Shown here: positions 40,490 to 49,681 of the stretch, piece after piece | Numbering within the stretch: position 1 is the stretch's first letter | How the letters are laid out: each line of letters starts with the position of its first letter | Origin: a virus | Taxonomy: Duplodnaviria; Heunggongvirae; Uroviricota; Caudoviricetes | Strand: one strand, 5' to 3' | IMG/VR virus record: IMGVR_UViG_2579778606_000002 | Coordinates: 27,981 to 91,980 of that record | Length of the DNA: 64,000 nucleotides | Position numbers and translations under genes: made by a program | The notes under the pieces: generated by a model | Database searches by the model: none | Told to the model about the DNA's origin: nothing | Seen by the model: only the letters and a program-made list of their open reading frames with translations

Positions 40490-40740
40490 ATTTGCAGCCT
40501 TTTTTATACTGTTATGGTTCTAATTTGGTGTTCTTTTAGTACCAAAACGGTGTTGTTATGGTGCTGTTTTGTGTCTGGTTCCACTTTGAGGCTGATTTCG
40601 TGTTAAACAGGATGCAACAGAGGGTAAATTTAGAGTGTTTAGTGTTATACTTTTGCAAAGCATAGTGACTCCACTATAGAGCCAAAACCGCATCAATAAG
40701 GCTTCTGTTTGGAACCAGTTTGATACCAAAATAACACCGA
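40490..40740. repeat. Centromere-like repeat array upstream of parA (GGTGTT / TAGTACCA / TGGTTCC motifs)
   Basis: Short motifs recur here and again downstream of the cassette at 41680-41785. Confidence 0.4.
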
Positions 40741-40749
40741 GGAACGGAT

Positions 40750-41391
40750 ATGATTATATTGGTAGTCAGCCAAAAAGGTGGCTGTGGAAAATCAACCACA
40801 AGCGTAAACATCTGTGCGGAGCTTGCCCGCGAAAATAAGGATGTAGTGTTACTAGATGCAGACAAGCAAGGAACAGCTGCCCGCTGGGCAGCTGACCGTA
40901 ACACGGCAGAGGTTTCTCCTGTAATTCATTGTGTCCAGAAGTTTGGTAATATTCGAGAAACACTTCTCGATCTGGATAAGCGTTATGAATTTGTAGTTGT
41001 TGATACAGCCGGGCGCGATAGCAAAGAGATGCGTACAGGCATAACCGCTGCAGATATTGTGTTAGTCCCATTCAGACCATCTCAACCAGATTTAGACACG
41101 CTGGCACACTTTGTTGAAGTGTTTGAAGAGGCTTTGGACCTGATGCCTAATCCTAGCATTAAGGCGTTCGCAGTCTTAACAATGGCCCCATCCAATCCGG
41201 TTGTGAATGAAACCAATGAGGCCAAAGAGTACCTGGCTGAATATCCGCAACTGAAGTTGCTGAAAACCATCATTCGTGATCGTAAGGTTTACCGCGATTG
41301 CATGGCTGAAGGGAAGGGCGTTGTTGAGATGGACAACGGGAAAGCTAAAGGTGAAATCCAGATGTTGGTTAAGGAGTTATTAAGTGATTAA
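40750..41391 (+). CDS. parA: ParA-family partition ATPase (small type Ib, ParF-like)
   Basis: Deviant Walker A box VVSQKGGCGKST near N-terminus; 213 aa. Confidence 0.8.
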   Translation: MIILVVSQKGGCGKSTTSVNICAELARENKDVVLLDADKQGTAARWAADRNTAEVSPVIHCVQKFGNIRETLLDLDKRYEFVVVDTAGRDSKEMRTGITAADIVLVPFRPSQPDLDTLAHFVEVFEEALDLMPNPSIKAFAVLTMAPSNPVVNETNEAKEYLAEYPQLKLLKTIIRDRKVYRDCMAEGKGVVEMDNGKAKGEIQMLVKELLSD

Positions 41392-41671
41392 GCCTCGTAA
41401 ATCGGTAAAAGCCCCCGAAGTAAAAGACCCCGATCTTGAACGCCGAATTGAGGATTTTGCCAGTAAGGCTGATTTGGTGCCGGGTGAGCAACCAGAAGAC
41501 AACAAAGTGCTCGATAAGGACGCCCCACGTGATTTTAAATCCATTCGTGTTGGCTTCAATGAATACGAGTACCAGGTACTTGATGCGTTAAGCAAAAAGC
41601 ATAATCGCAGCAAATTGAATATGATCCGCCATGCTATCCTCATGCTTGCAGAGTCTGAGGATACAAAATGA
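41384..41671 (+). CDS. Small partition adaptor (ParG-like RHH candidate)
   Basis: 95-aa ORF overlapping parA stop; C-terminal YEYQVLDALSKKHNRSKLNMIRHAILML resembles a ribbon-helix-helix. Confidence 0.45.
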   Translation: MIKPRKSVKAPEVKDPDLERRIEDFASKADLVPGEQPEDNKVLDKDAPRDFKSIRVGFNEYEYQVLDALSKKHNRSKLNMIRHAILMLAESEDTK

Positions 41672-41679
41672 CGCCGGAA

Positions 41680-41785
41680 TAACACCGTTTTGGTTCCATG
41701 TGGTATTTTGAGGCTACTTTGATGCCTTTTTAGTACCAGAATAGTGTTATTAGTGTACCGTAATGGTGTTTGTTTGGTGTTATAA
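41680..41785. repeat. Centromere-like repeats downstream of partition cassette
   Basis: AATAACACCG, TGGTTCC, TAGTACCAGAA and GGTGTT motifs related to the upstream array. Confidence 0.4.
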
Positions 41786-41806
41786 AAGCCCCATGTGGGG
41801 CTTTTC
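41784..41806. terminator. Bidirectional terminator (aaaa-GCCCC-atgt-GGGGC-ttttc)
   Basis: Hairpin between the convergent partition-adaptor and dam-like genes with A-tract and T-tract. Confidence 0.6.
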
Positions 41807-42841
41807 TTAATTAAGCGTGGCTATAATGTCGTTAGCTATCATTCGCGTTGATGCTTTACAGGATACAGAGCGACGGGATGGCATAGGATACACCTTGAAG
41901 CCATTGCCAACGTAAAGTTCGCGAATGTTAGGCGCACCACTGTTTGTTATCACAATTTTCGCTCCGCGTCTGTGGGCATCCACCAGCAGTGACACCAGCC
42001 GTTGTTGATCTTCAAACCTAAAGCTATGCCCTGAGTAATTTGTAAATCCGGTAGTGTCGGGCAATGGTTCATAGGGGGGATCGCAGAAAATCACATCATC
42101 ATTCCCGGCAGCCTCAATTACTCCAGCAAAATCGCCGGACACAAATTCCGAATACTTTGAAATATCGTCAGCCAGGAACGCCTCCATTTCCGCGAGAGGG
42201 AAGTGGGGTGATTTCTGCTTTCCATATCCGACGTTGAACTCTCCTTTACGGTTATAGCGAGTGACGCCATTAAAACAATGACGATTGAGATACAGGAACG
42301 CCGCTGCATGGTGAAGGGAATCATAAGCACCATTGTTGAATGCATTGCGAACATTCAAAAATGCATCAGCAGAGTTGTAATCCTGAAAAAAACGATATGC
42401 CAGTGTGATAAGAGAATGCCCTTCACGCTGCAATGTCTGATAGAAGTTAATCAGGTCATTATTGATATCGTTCAGCAGGTTGCTTTTAAATCCGGCATTA
42501 GTGAAAACAGCGCCACCTCCAACGAAAGGTTCTATCAACCGTTTTCCGTGGGGCAGGTGTTCGAAGATAATGGGCAGTGCAGAAAATTTGCCGCCGACCC
42601 ACTTAAAGACTGGGCGATCAAATTCGTCCTCCGAGCGAATACGTCGCATATGGCTGATAGTGGCTTCCGCCGCAGGACGATGATTGTCGCTATAAGAAAT
42701 AAATTTAGCACCAATATCAGCCACGGATTCCCTCCTTATTTGCTTCAAATACAGCTCTTGCAAAACCGTAAGGTGTCGCGCTACGAAAATTCGCTCTTTC
42801 AGGTCCTGGCGGTGCCTTGTGTATTCGGTTGTCTGGATCAC
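41807..42841 (-). CDS. dam: Dam-like N6-adenine DNA methyltransferase (true start probably internal, near 42649)
   Basis: FKWVGGK and DPPY motifs, alignable to E. coli Dam; track start overlaps upstream ORF. Confidence 0.75.
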   Translation of the reverse strand: MIQTTEYTRHRQDLKERIFVARHLTVLQELYLKQIRRESVADIGAKFISYSDNHRPAAEATISHMRRIRSEDEFDRPVFKWVGGKFSALPIIFEHLPHGKRLIEPFVGGGAVFTNAGFKSNLLNDINNDLINFYQTLQREGHSLITLAYRFFQDYNSADAFLNVRNAFNNGAYDSLHHAAAFLYLNRHCFNGVTRYNRKGEFNVGYGKQKSPHFPLAEMEAFLADDISKYSEFVSGDFAGVIEAAGNDDVIFCDPPYEPLPDTTGFTNYSGHSFRFEDQQRLVSLLVDAHRRGAKIVITNSGAPNIRELYVGNGFKVYPMPSRRSVSCKASTRMIANDIIATLN

Positions 42842-43523
42842 CTAACGACTCGTCGATTCGCGGAGTTGGCATGATGAATCCTTGTCCGCTCCACAGGCAT
42901 GTTTTTTTGGTGTAATTGTCTTCCTTGCAATATGCAGTGAAGTGATAAGGATGGAATATGTGATCAGGTTTACGCCAGAATGTCGATATTTGGCTGACCG
43001 GGTTTTCAATCATGTACGGGCAACCAATCATCTTTGCAATGTCGTAACACTGCCAGACAACCTGCATTGCTTTGAACTGGAAAACCGGATCTTTTTTCGC
43101 TTTATCTGCGAACCAGCGTGCGCCAGATACAGCCAGGTCAGTACACGGAGGGAAACCGGCTAAAAATACAACTCTGTGCAAATTTTTCCGAAGGAAATTG
43201 TAGACCTCATCACTGTCAATAATTGCGCTGATACGTGTGAGTACAGCACCTGACTCCATCAATTGGCTGCCGGACTCCTGGTGTTGCGGATCGACAATGA
43301 CTGCATCAATGCCGTGTTCCAGCCAGGGGGAAACCATATTCCCTGTATAATCACAAAGACTCACCGCCAGCGGTCGGTTATTAATGCTCTGCTTCACCGC
43401 CAATGGCCTCCACCAGCGAGCTAAACATCGCGGATAATTCGCTTGTGAACAGAATGAAGTCAGCATCAAATCGCTGGGCAACATCTTCACGGTCGATGTC
43501 ATCGTTCTGGTCATAGAGATCAT
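42717..43523 (-). CDS. Divergent C5-cytosine methyltransferase-like protein (start uncertain)
   Basis: GFPPC (motif IV-like), MIENPV (ENV motif) and a C-terminal motif-X-like segment; overlaps rdgC and dam ORFs. Confidence 0.45.
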   Translation of the reverse strand: MISMTRTMTSTVKMLPSDLMLTSFCSQANYPRCLARWWRPLAVKQSINNRPLAVSLCDYTGNMVSPWLEHGIDAVIVDPQHQESGSQLMESGAVLTRISAIIDSDEVYNFLRKNLHRVVFLAGFPPCTDLAVSGARWFADKAKKDPVFQFKAMQVVWQCYDIAKMIGCPYMIENPVSQISTFWRKPDHIFHPYHFTAYCKEDNYTKKTCLWSGQGFIMPTPRIDESLGDPDNRIHKAPPGPERANFRSATPYGFARAVFEANKEGIRG

Positions 43524-44286
43524 CGCAAAACGTCAGTGCTTTGATGCTCATGTCATCGTTTAACCTGAAGGTCGCGCGGTCCTGCCAGTTGATTGCAACT
43601 GTTGTTGCAACTTTTCCGGCTTCAATATGAGTCATTATTTCCTCTGACTGTAGGTCTACTTTCTTGCAACGAACTGCGCCGCCGTCATCGAACAGAGATT
43701 TCAATATGGCTTCTTCGCCTGCTTTAAAGCCTTGAGGAAATGTTGACTTGAACCATTCGGTCATAGTCATTTCGAGCGGTTCTATCGGCGTGAATGGAAT
43801 CACTGGCAGGCTGCCAAGTGATTTACGTAAGAGCGCCAGCATTTCTTCTGCTTTTCTGGCGCTGGAAGCTTCTACGAAGACCAGATAGTTGTCGCGATCA
43901 ATAAGGATTCGCGACAATGATTTGCGAGTGAATGCGCGAGGCAACAAAGAGTGGAGAACTTCATCCTTCAGGGTGTTTTTTTCCGACTTCTTCAGCTTAC
44001 GAGATTGCTCATTTTCGAGCTTTTCCACTTTTTTCTGCACTTCCTCCTTAATGACATGAGAGGGCAGGAGCTTAATTTCTCGCTGTTGCTGGAGAAGTAG
44101 AAAACCGTGGTATTCATGGATCAGGTTGTCAGCCAGAACCGGCACCCATCCGACTTTTGCCATTTCTTGTGATGCGCATGGAGTGAATGTGAATTGGCTT
44201 AAGGCATCACTAACGGTGGTTGAGTCCAGTTTTATTTCGCGGGCAAGGCGATAGACGTATATGTTTTTAAAGGCGACTAATCTCAT
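43381..44286 (-). CDS. rdgC: RdgC homolog (recombination-associated protein; P1 hrdC-like)
   Basis: Alignable to E. coli RdgC along its length (LRKSLGSLPV, HIEAGKV, FCDDLYDQNDDIDREDVAQRFDADFIL); ATG at 44286. Confidence 0.8.
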   Translation of the reverse strand: MRLVAFKNIYVYRLAREIKLDSTTVSDALSQFTFTPCASQEMAKVGWVPVLADNLIHEYHGFLLLQQQREIKLLPSHVIKEEVQKKVEKLENEQSRKLKKSEKNTLKDEVLHSLLPRAFTRKSLSRILIDRDNYLVFVEASSARKAEEMLALLRKSLGSLPVIPFTPIEPLEMTMTEWFKSTFPQGFKAGEEAILKSLFDDGGAVRCKKVDLQSEEIMTHIEAGKVATTVAINWQDRATFRLNDDMSIKALTFCDDLYDQNDDIDREDVAQRFDADFILFTSELSAMFSSLVEAIGGEAEH

Positions 44287-44299
44287 TTTTAGCAAAACT

Positions 44300-44331
44300 A
44301 TGTTAGAAAACAAAACTCAATTATCTAACAC
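44300..44331. promoter_or_regulatory. 32-bp operator-like palindrome (ATGTTAGAAAAC..TATCTAACAC)
   Basis: Same inverted-repeat family, about 14 nt upstream of the rdgC start. Confidence 0.5.
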
Positions 44332-44345
44332 AGTTTTGCATTTTG

Positions 44346-45023
44346 CTATCCCTTCACAAAGGAGAAATTGCTCGCTGTTGCTTTTAGCGCGCCACCAGCT
44401 TTCAGGGCTATATCACCATCAGCTGCGACGGTTACATTGCTGCCTTTTACATTAACGTCTCCATCAGAGGATACATTGGTTTTGCTGCTTGATTTGACGT
44501 TAACCTCACCTCCAGCATTAAGCACTATATTCGCCGGGCCGATTATGTAAATCTGGCCGGATTCGTTCATCCCTATCCTTGATCCTGCGGCGGTGTTTGC
44601 TATTTCATAGCCACCGCCAGCCGTTCTTACCTCAAGGATATTGTTTCGGTGAATAACAAAATCTTCAGTCGCCGAAAACTGGGGGCGGGCAGGAGCACCA
44701 TCAACTTCTTCTGGCGACCATCCACTTCCTTGTCCGGAGGCTTCCGGAGGCACATTTGGTACGCCTCCTGGGGCATCCTGCGCCGCGCCAACGATTAAAG
44801 GTCGGCGCGTGTCTATCCTGCCTTTAGCATCCAGATAAGGAAATTCGACCCAGACTAAATCGCCGCTGACTGTAGGTGTAAAGGCGTTACCGATAGGCAT
44901 TTGATACTCTGCCCATGGGAGGTCTTCATCCGGTACACCGTCCCAGTCAGGCAGTATGCGGACCTGCGCTCGCATAAGTCCGGCAGGGTGTTTGGTCCCT
45001 ACGATTTGCGCTCTGCGTTTCAC
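44346..45023 (-). CDS. Putative baseplate central spike (gpV-like)
   Basis: 225-aa ORF; C-terminal beta-helix-like repeats (NIVLNAGGEVNVKSSSKTNVSSDGDVNVKGSNVTVAADGDIALKAGG). Confidence 0.4.
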   Translation of the reverse strand: MKRRAQIVGTKHPAGLMRAQVRILPDWDGVPDEDLPWAEYQMPIGNAFTPTVSGDLVWVEFPYLDAKGRIDTRRPLIVGAAQDAPGGVPNVPPEASGQGSGWSPEEVDGAPARPQFSATEDFVIHRNNILEVRTAGGGYEIANTAAGSRIGMNESGQIYIIGPANIVLNAGGEVNVKSSSKTNVSSDGDVNVKGSNVTVAADGDIALKAGGALKATASNFSFVKG

Positions 45024-46000
45024 TGGTTGGGTACTCCTAATATCATTCGTGTTGTATAGCCGATCCGGTCTTCAAAATGGGCTACGTTTTTCACCAGCAG
45101 CTTACGAGGCAACGATTCGTCCAGCTTATTTTCCTGGTCGTAACGATACACGAGGATCTCAATAACCATTCCCGGCGTGATGTCGGGATTACCCGCGACC
45201 TCAATATCCATTTTGGGTACGAGCGACAATTGCATATTGCGCAGAGTTTCCATATCCGGATCGGATATATAGCATATTGGAAGTGAGCTATCGCCATATT
45301 CGACATAGCCTTCAGTCATTGAATAGCCGGTAAATCGATACTGAGTATTTGCCGTAACGGCATACTCTTGCTGTATAAGCCTCATTTTTGAAATCGTGTA
45401 TTCCGCCCTGGGGTTGTTCCCTTCATAGGTGAATGATGGTTTGGCTTTCATAAGGTCAGCTAATGTATAAAAGTTAAACTGACCACGGCAGGCCCAGCAT
45501 AAAGCGCCTTTGTCGCGGGCCATTTCAGATAGCATTTTGGAGGGTTTTTCCCCGGCGGAAAGATGGTACGTACAGCTTCGTTTCAATGCGCTGGAGGCGA
45601 TTTTCAGTGTACCGGTATACGTCTTGAAAATGGTATCAGGCGTTTTATTTGTATGCAGGTTAGCCCGTATAGCGGGGATCTTAAATATCCGAACGTCTTC
45701 ACTGACTGCAATGACCGTGATGACATCACCAGCCAGCACCGCAGATGTTACGAAAAAAGTTGTTTTAAACGTGCCTGAATTGCCTTGTGGATCTCCCATC
45801 TCTGCAACCAGTGCTGCGCCGTATTTTGTTTTCCAGTCATCAATTATGGTGCCGGTAATGTCGTGAATTTCCAGTTTCAGCAATGGTGCACGCAGGTTTG
45901 CCTTTTCCACATATACGGCAGTGAATATCCACTCCCTGGGTACTTTGTTTCCGTTGATGGTAACGGACTGTAGAAAGTATTGCTGTAGCTCCTGGGACAT
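45020..46000 (-). CDS. Hypothetical baseplate/tail protein
   Basis: 326-aa ORF, 4-nt overlap with the spike gene. Confidence 0.4.
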   Translation of the reverse strand: MSQELQQYFLQSVTINGNKVPREWIFTAVYVEKANLRAPLLKLEIHDITGTIIDDWKTKYGAALVAEMGDPQGNSGTFKTTFFVTSAVLAGDVITVIAVSEDVRIFKIPAIRANLHTNKTPDTIFKTYTGTLKIASSALKRSCTYHLSAGEKPSKMLSEMARDKGALCWACRGQFNFYTLADLMKAKPSFTYEGNNPRAEYTISKMRLIQQEYAVTANTQYRFTGYSMTEGYVEYGDSSLPICYISDPDMETLRNMQLSLVPKMDIEVAGNPDITPGMVIEILVYRYDQENKLDESLPRKLLVKNVAHFEDRIGYTTRMILGVPNQ

Positions 46001-46003
46001 GGC

Positions 46004-46771
46004 TTACCCCATTCTCAGAGAGGTTTCAGTAATAATTCGTTTCGCGTCCAGCTCCCAGGCGGTGATCACGTCTGCTATAACACTAATTGCCGTTTGTGCA
46101 GCATAAATACGCTCTTCCCCAATTGGGGCTGAAACATCAGCAAAACTGATGTCTTTAGCATCCTGAATCGCGCAAATTAGCGGGACGGGTACTCGTACCA
46201 GCGGGGTTGTTGCTTCAAACTGCGTTCCTGCCATCAAGCGAAGACGTGCTCCTAGCGAATTACACATCAGACTCATGGTCGCCTTATCCGTCGCCATTAA
46301 TGTAACGTCATACGTCAGATTTGCCTGGGTGTATTCCAGGGCTACTAAAGGCATACCGCTGCCAGGTTCGCAGAAGTGATCACAGCTTTTGCGGTCTATC
46401 TGCTGGTCATTGTTGATATAGCTGATATCCATTGAGCGCGAGATATTAATCAGAGGGAGTGCATCGCGATTAATGTTCGGATTCTCTGGCTTTCTCCCTT
46501 GCCCGGCATTAGCACGGCGAACCGCTTTAAGGAACTCGACCGCGTTATCAAAACGGGCAACATAAACACGCTCCGCTGGTGGGCGACTCAGGAATGATGC
46601 AAAGCGCCTTTCTTCTTTTGCTGGTTCCACCAGCGTTACGTCAGAAAAAATGTCACTGATTAGCGTAGCAAAAGCGTTATCCACTCTTTCCAGACCAGTT
46701 GTCTGGAATTTTCCAGTACGCGTTGTCTGCCACTCGCCAATGCGGGACAGGAGAGTTTTGTTGGGTGTCAT
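46004..46771 (-). CDS. Hypothetical tail-associated protein
   Basis: 255-aa ORF in the same operon. Confidence 0.4.
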   Translation of the reverse strand: MTPNKTLLSRIGEWQTTRTGKFQTTGLERVDNAFATLISDIFSDVTLVEPAKEERRFASFLSRPPAERVYVARFDNAVEFLKAVRRANAGQGRKPENPNINRDALPLINISRSMDISYINNDQQIDRKSCDHFCEPGSGMPLVALEYTQANLTYDVTLMATDKATMSLMCNSLGARLRLMAGTQFEATTPLVRVPVPLICAIQDAKDISFADVSAPIGEERIYAAQTAISVIADVITAWELDAKRIITETSLRMG

Positions 46772-47571
46772 TCGATCACTCCGTTTTGAGTGGTATCAAA
46801 GTTCCTGGCCGGGATGCAGTAATAAAGGGAGCCGACGTGTTGTGTTCCGTAGCTGAAGATTCGATGCACGTACCACCAGCGGCGGGCGAGGCTATTCGCC
46901 ATTTCTTCGTTCCATTCCAGGATTGAACCAACAGGTACGTTGTTTGCAGCAATACGCAGGATTAGCACTTCATCAGCAAGACCATCCTGTTCTCCATCGG
47001 CATCAATGGCATGAAACGAATCCCTTCCGTCCGGGTTATCCAGGACGTATACGATTTCCGGTTCCAGATAGGTAAGCTCACGCTGGTTGTTGTCCAGTTG
47101 CGTGAAAGACTCTTCACCTGTTTCATCGTTTACGACGCCATAGGTGCCATCAGCCGGGCGGTATAAAAGCGCCTCGAACGCGTCAGGGCTTGATTCAATA
47201 ATGAGCATCCAATCGGCGCGGATCTGGTCGTTGAACGCTTTATGTCCGTTATATCGGGTTTTAAGCTGCTGGTTTGGTTCTCTGTTAGCGAGCGATGCCG
47301 GTAGGGGAGCGATGTCAGGTTCAATCACTTCCGTAACAGAGTCACCAGCATTATCAGGCCAATTATCATGGCTATTAGATTGGGTGGCGGCGTGCTCTTC
47401 CAGAATACTGAATGGCCCTGCACTGACATTCCCATTTTCCGTTGTGCTTCCTTCATTCGCTTCAACCGTCGTTGTCTCTTCTCTCTGCGTGCTGTCATGT
47501 TCTGTTCCCTTTCTCATCAGGCTTGCATCATCAGCAACCCATTCATCAAAACGGCCCATAAGCGTCCTCAA
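46768..47571 (-). CDS. Hypothetical acidic protein
   Basis: 267-aa ORF, acidic N-terminal half. Confidence 0.4.
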   Translation of the reverse strand: MRTLMGRFDEWVADDASLMRKGTEHDSTQREETTTVEANEGSTTENGNVSAGPFSILEEHAATQSNSHDNWPDNAGDSVTEVIEPDIAPLPASLANREPNQQLKTRYNGHKAFNDQIRADWMLIIESSPDAFEALLYRPADGTYGVVNDETGEESFTQLDNNQRELTYLEPEIVYVLDNPDGRDSFHAIDADGEQDGLADEVLILRIAANNVPVGSILEWNEEMANSLARRWWYVHRIFSYGTQHVGSLYYCIPARNFDTTQNGVIE

Positions 47572-47710
47572 AGGTCGATTTATCAGGTATCGAAAGGAAG
47601 ATTTTCGGGAGATTGTGATTTGTTTGCTGACAGGAGATTTATGTAGATTGGGGAGGCGAAAACTATCAGAGGTGCGGTATCATTGCTCGGTTGAAATTTA
47701 AGGAGAGACA

Positions 47711-48250
47711 GTGAGTCAGGAAGTTGAAAAGTGGCGAGCATTTGAACACCCTGATGGTGTTATTCGTGATTTGTCATTTCTTGATGCTCATCAGGCTGTG
47801 TTTGTTCAGCAACAAGAAGGAAAGCAACCGATAGAGTATCGCTTTTGGGTTACGTACTCTTTTCACTGCTTCACAAAAGACTATGCACACCAGACTGAGG
47901 AAGAGAAACTGGCGTTAATGTACCACGCCCCTAAAGAGTCTCGTCCATTTTGTGAGCGTCGCTATAATCTTGCTAAACTTCACTTAAAAGAGGCAATTCT
48001 GTCATTGTCGGAAGGTAAGGTGATCCATGCCGGATACGGAAGCTATGCCGTTATTGAGGTAAATATTGGGGAGGGTAACAAGGAATATTATTTTGTTGCG
48101 TTTAAGGCTTTCAGGGAAAAGAAAAAGTTGCGGTTACACATCACTAGCGCCTACCCGGTATCAGAAAAACCAAATGGCAGGTCAGTGAAGTTTTTCGCAA
48201 TCGCATACAATCTGTTAAGGAACAAACCGCTTCCTAAGCCACCAAAATAA
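47711..48250 (+). CDS. Hypothetical protein; solitary opposite-strand gene (accessory candidate)
   Basis: 179-aa ORF with AAGGAG RBS (GTG start) inside a minus-strand structural block; followed by a GC hairpin. Confidence 0.5.
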   Translation: MSQEVEKWRAFEHPDGVIRDLSFLDAHQAVFVQQQEGKQPIEYRFWVTYSFHCFTKDYAHQTEEEKLALMYHAPKESRPFCERRYNLAKLHLKEAILSLSEGKVIHAGYGSYAVIEVNIGEGNKEYYFVAFKAFREKKKLRLHITSAYPVSEKPNGRSVKFFAIAYNLLRNKPLPKPPK

Positions 48251-48253
48251 CAA

Positions 48254-48273
48254 AGCCCACCTTAAGGTGGGCT
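48254..48273. terminator. Terminator-like hairpin (AGCCCACC-ttaa-GGTGGGCT)
   Basis: Perfect 8-bp stem 4 nt after the stop at 48250; U-rich flank stronger on the minus strand. Confidence 0.45.
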
Positions 48274-48475
48274 TCGCCAGAAATTATTTTCTGGTATTCA
48301 GAACGCCATTACCGGACTTTGCCTTGACCAAGTATCACAACTGGTTTGACCTGTTATGATAGCTGGTTGCGGGATGTCTGAATTTCTTCAGTCTGCTGCA
48401 TCCTCGAAGGTTTGGTTCAACATGTACCATTCCTTCACTGTCATAATAGTGTACTATTCATGTCCTTGCAAACAC

Positions 48476-49681
48476 TTATACATTTTTTACGTTGTTCTTC
48501 ACATACGCCATGAACATCTTTTCGGCTTGTGCTGGTGGTGTTCCTGCCATAACAAGCGCATCAATGAACGCCTGCTTCTTCAGTGCGAACTGATCAGCAA
48601 GGCGTTGCTGAAGTTCCTTGTTTTTCTGCTTCTCCCGTTGCAAAGCAGCTTCTTTTGCCGCTGCCCGTTTTTTCTGTGCGTCGGATAACTTTCTGGCCCT
48701 GGTCAGTTGGTCACGCAGCTTGTCGATCTTACCGTTGTCCTTTGCCAGTTTTGAGCTTAAAGCGGCCTGGCGTTTCTGATAGAGCTTCCATTCACGTTTA
48801 GCTGCCTCAACATTCGTTTTGCTGCTACGGTTTCGATTGAACGCCTTCTCGTCTTCTTTTGTGAAGTGTTTTGTCGAGCGGCGGCGATCGTCACCAAAGG
48901 CAACTTGCGTTGCAGCTTTTTGCAGGGCGCGAGCAATACTCATCTGCCAACTGGCAGACTGTAGTCGTGTCATTGAGTGGATCACATGTTTACAGGCGAC
49001 GCCTTGCAGCTTAGGGTTGCGAACTTTTGGATAGGCGTATTCTTTTGGCGGGGCCAGGGCAAAGTTACCCGCAGTGGCGATGTAGCGATACCAGTATTGA
49101 TGGCGACCGCAGTCACAATCGAAAGACACTCGCCCGGCACACAGTGATTTTGTGACTTTCAGGGCTGATTTATCGTCTTCTGCGATGTCATCGACCATCT
49201 GATCCCATTCTTCAAAACGTACCCGGACAATGTGGTGCTGGTGAACGGATATATCGGACGCTTCCACGCGGATATTAATCACATTGTGACGAAGAGATAC
49301 GGGCGTAGCTCTTTTGATACCAGAACCGTCGTCTACGGCGTTATTTGCTCGCTTAATATCGATAGCCTGGCTGGACGCTACCAGTTGTGCGTATGTAATG
49401 CCACCCGTCTTGCTGTCGTATTTTTCGCGTGCTTTGCTTCGCAGCTTTTCGAAGCCTTTCAGATCGTCACGCGTAAAGAACGTGCCGCCTTTCTTTTTCC
49501 CCAGCTTAAGAATGTCTTCGGCTGATTTATTCCTAAGCCTGCCCGGCGTGAGTGTCCTGTGCGCCTGGCGGCGTTTGCGGTTTTGCTCTTTCCTGATGAG
49601 TTCAAATACGCGTGTGAAATCCTTAGAGGACAGGCCGTCAGTGATATATCGCCCGTCCTGATTTTTCAGGAAGTCAGGCAT
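48476..49681 (-). CDS. Hypothetical protein with CxC...CxH zinc-finger-like motif and long basic coiled-coil tail
   Basis: 401-aa ORF; FDCDCGRH...VACKHVIH; Lys/Arg/Gln-rich coiled coil at C-terminus. Confidence 0.45.
   Translation of the reverse strand: MPDFLKNQDGRYITDGLSSKDFTRVFELIRKEQNRKRRQAHRTLTPGRLRNKSAEDILKLGKKKGGTFFTRDDLKGFEKLRSKAREKYDSKTGGITYAQLVASSQAIDIKRANNAVDDGSGIKRATPVSLRHNVINIRVEASDISVHQHHIVRVRFEEWDQMVDDIAEDDKSALKVTKSLCAGRVSFDCDCGRHQYWYRYIATAGNFALAPPKEYAYPKVRNPKLQGVACKHVIHSMTRLQSASWQMSIARALQKAATQVAFGDDRRRSTKHFTKEDEKAFNRNRSSKTNVEAAKREWKLYQKRQAALSSKLAKDNGKIDKLRDQLTRARKLSDAQKKRAAAKEAALQREKQKNKELQQRLADQFALKKQAFIDALVMAGTPPAQAEKMFMAYVKNNVKNV

Noticed and set aside
48356-48688. Plus-strand 110-aa Cys-rich ORF after the terminator hairpin
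   Set aside because: No RBS, low-complexity Cys/Phe/Leu-rich product, overlaps the 3' end of the minus-strand gene 48476..49681.
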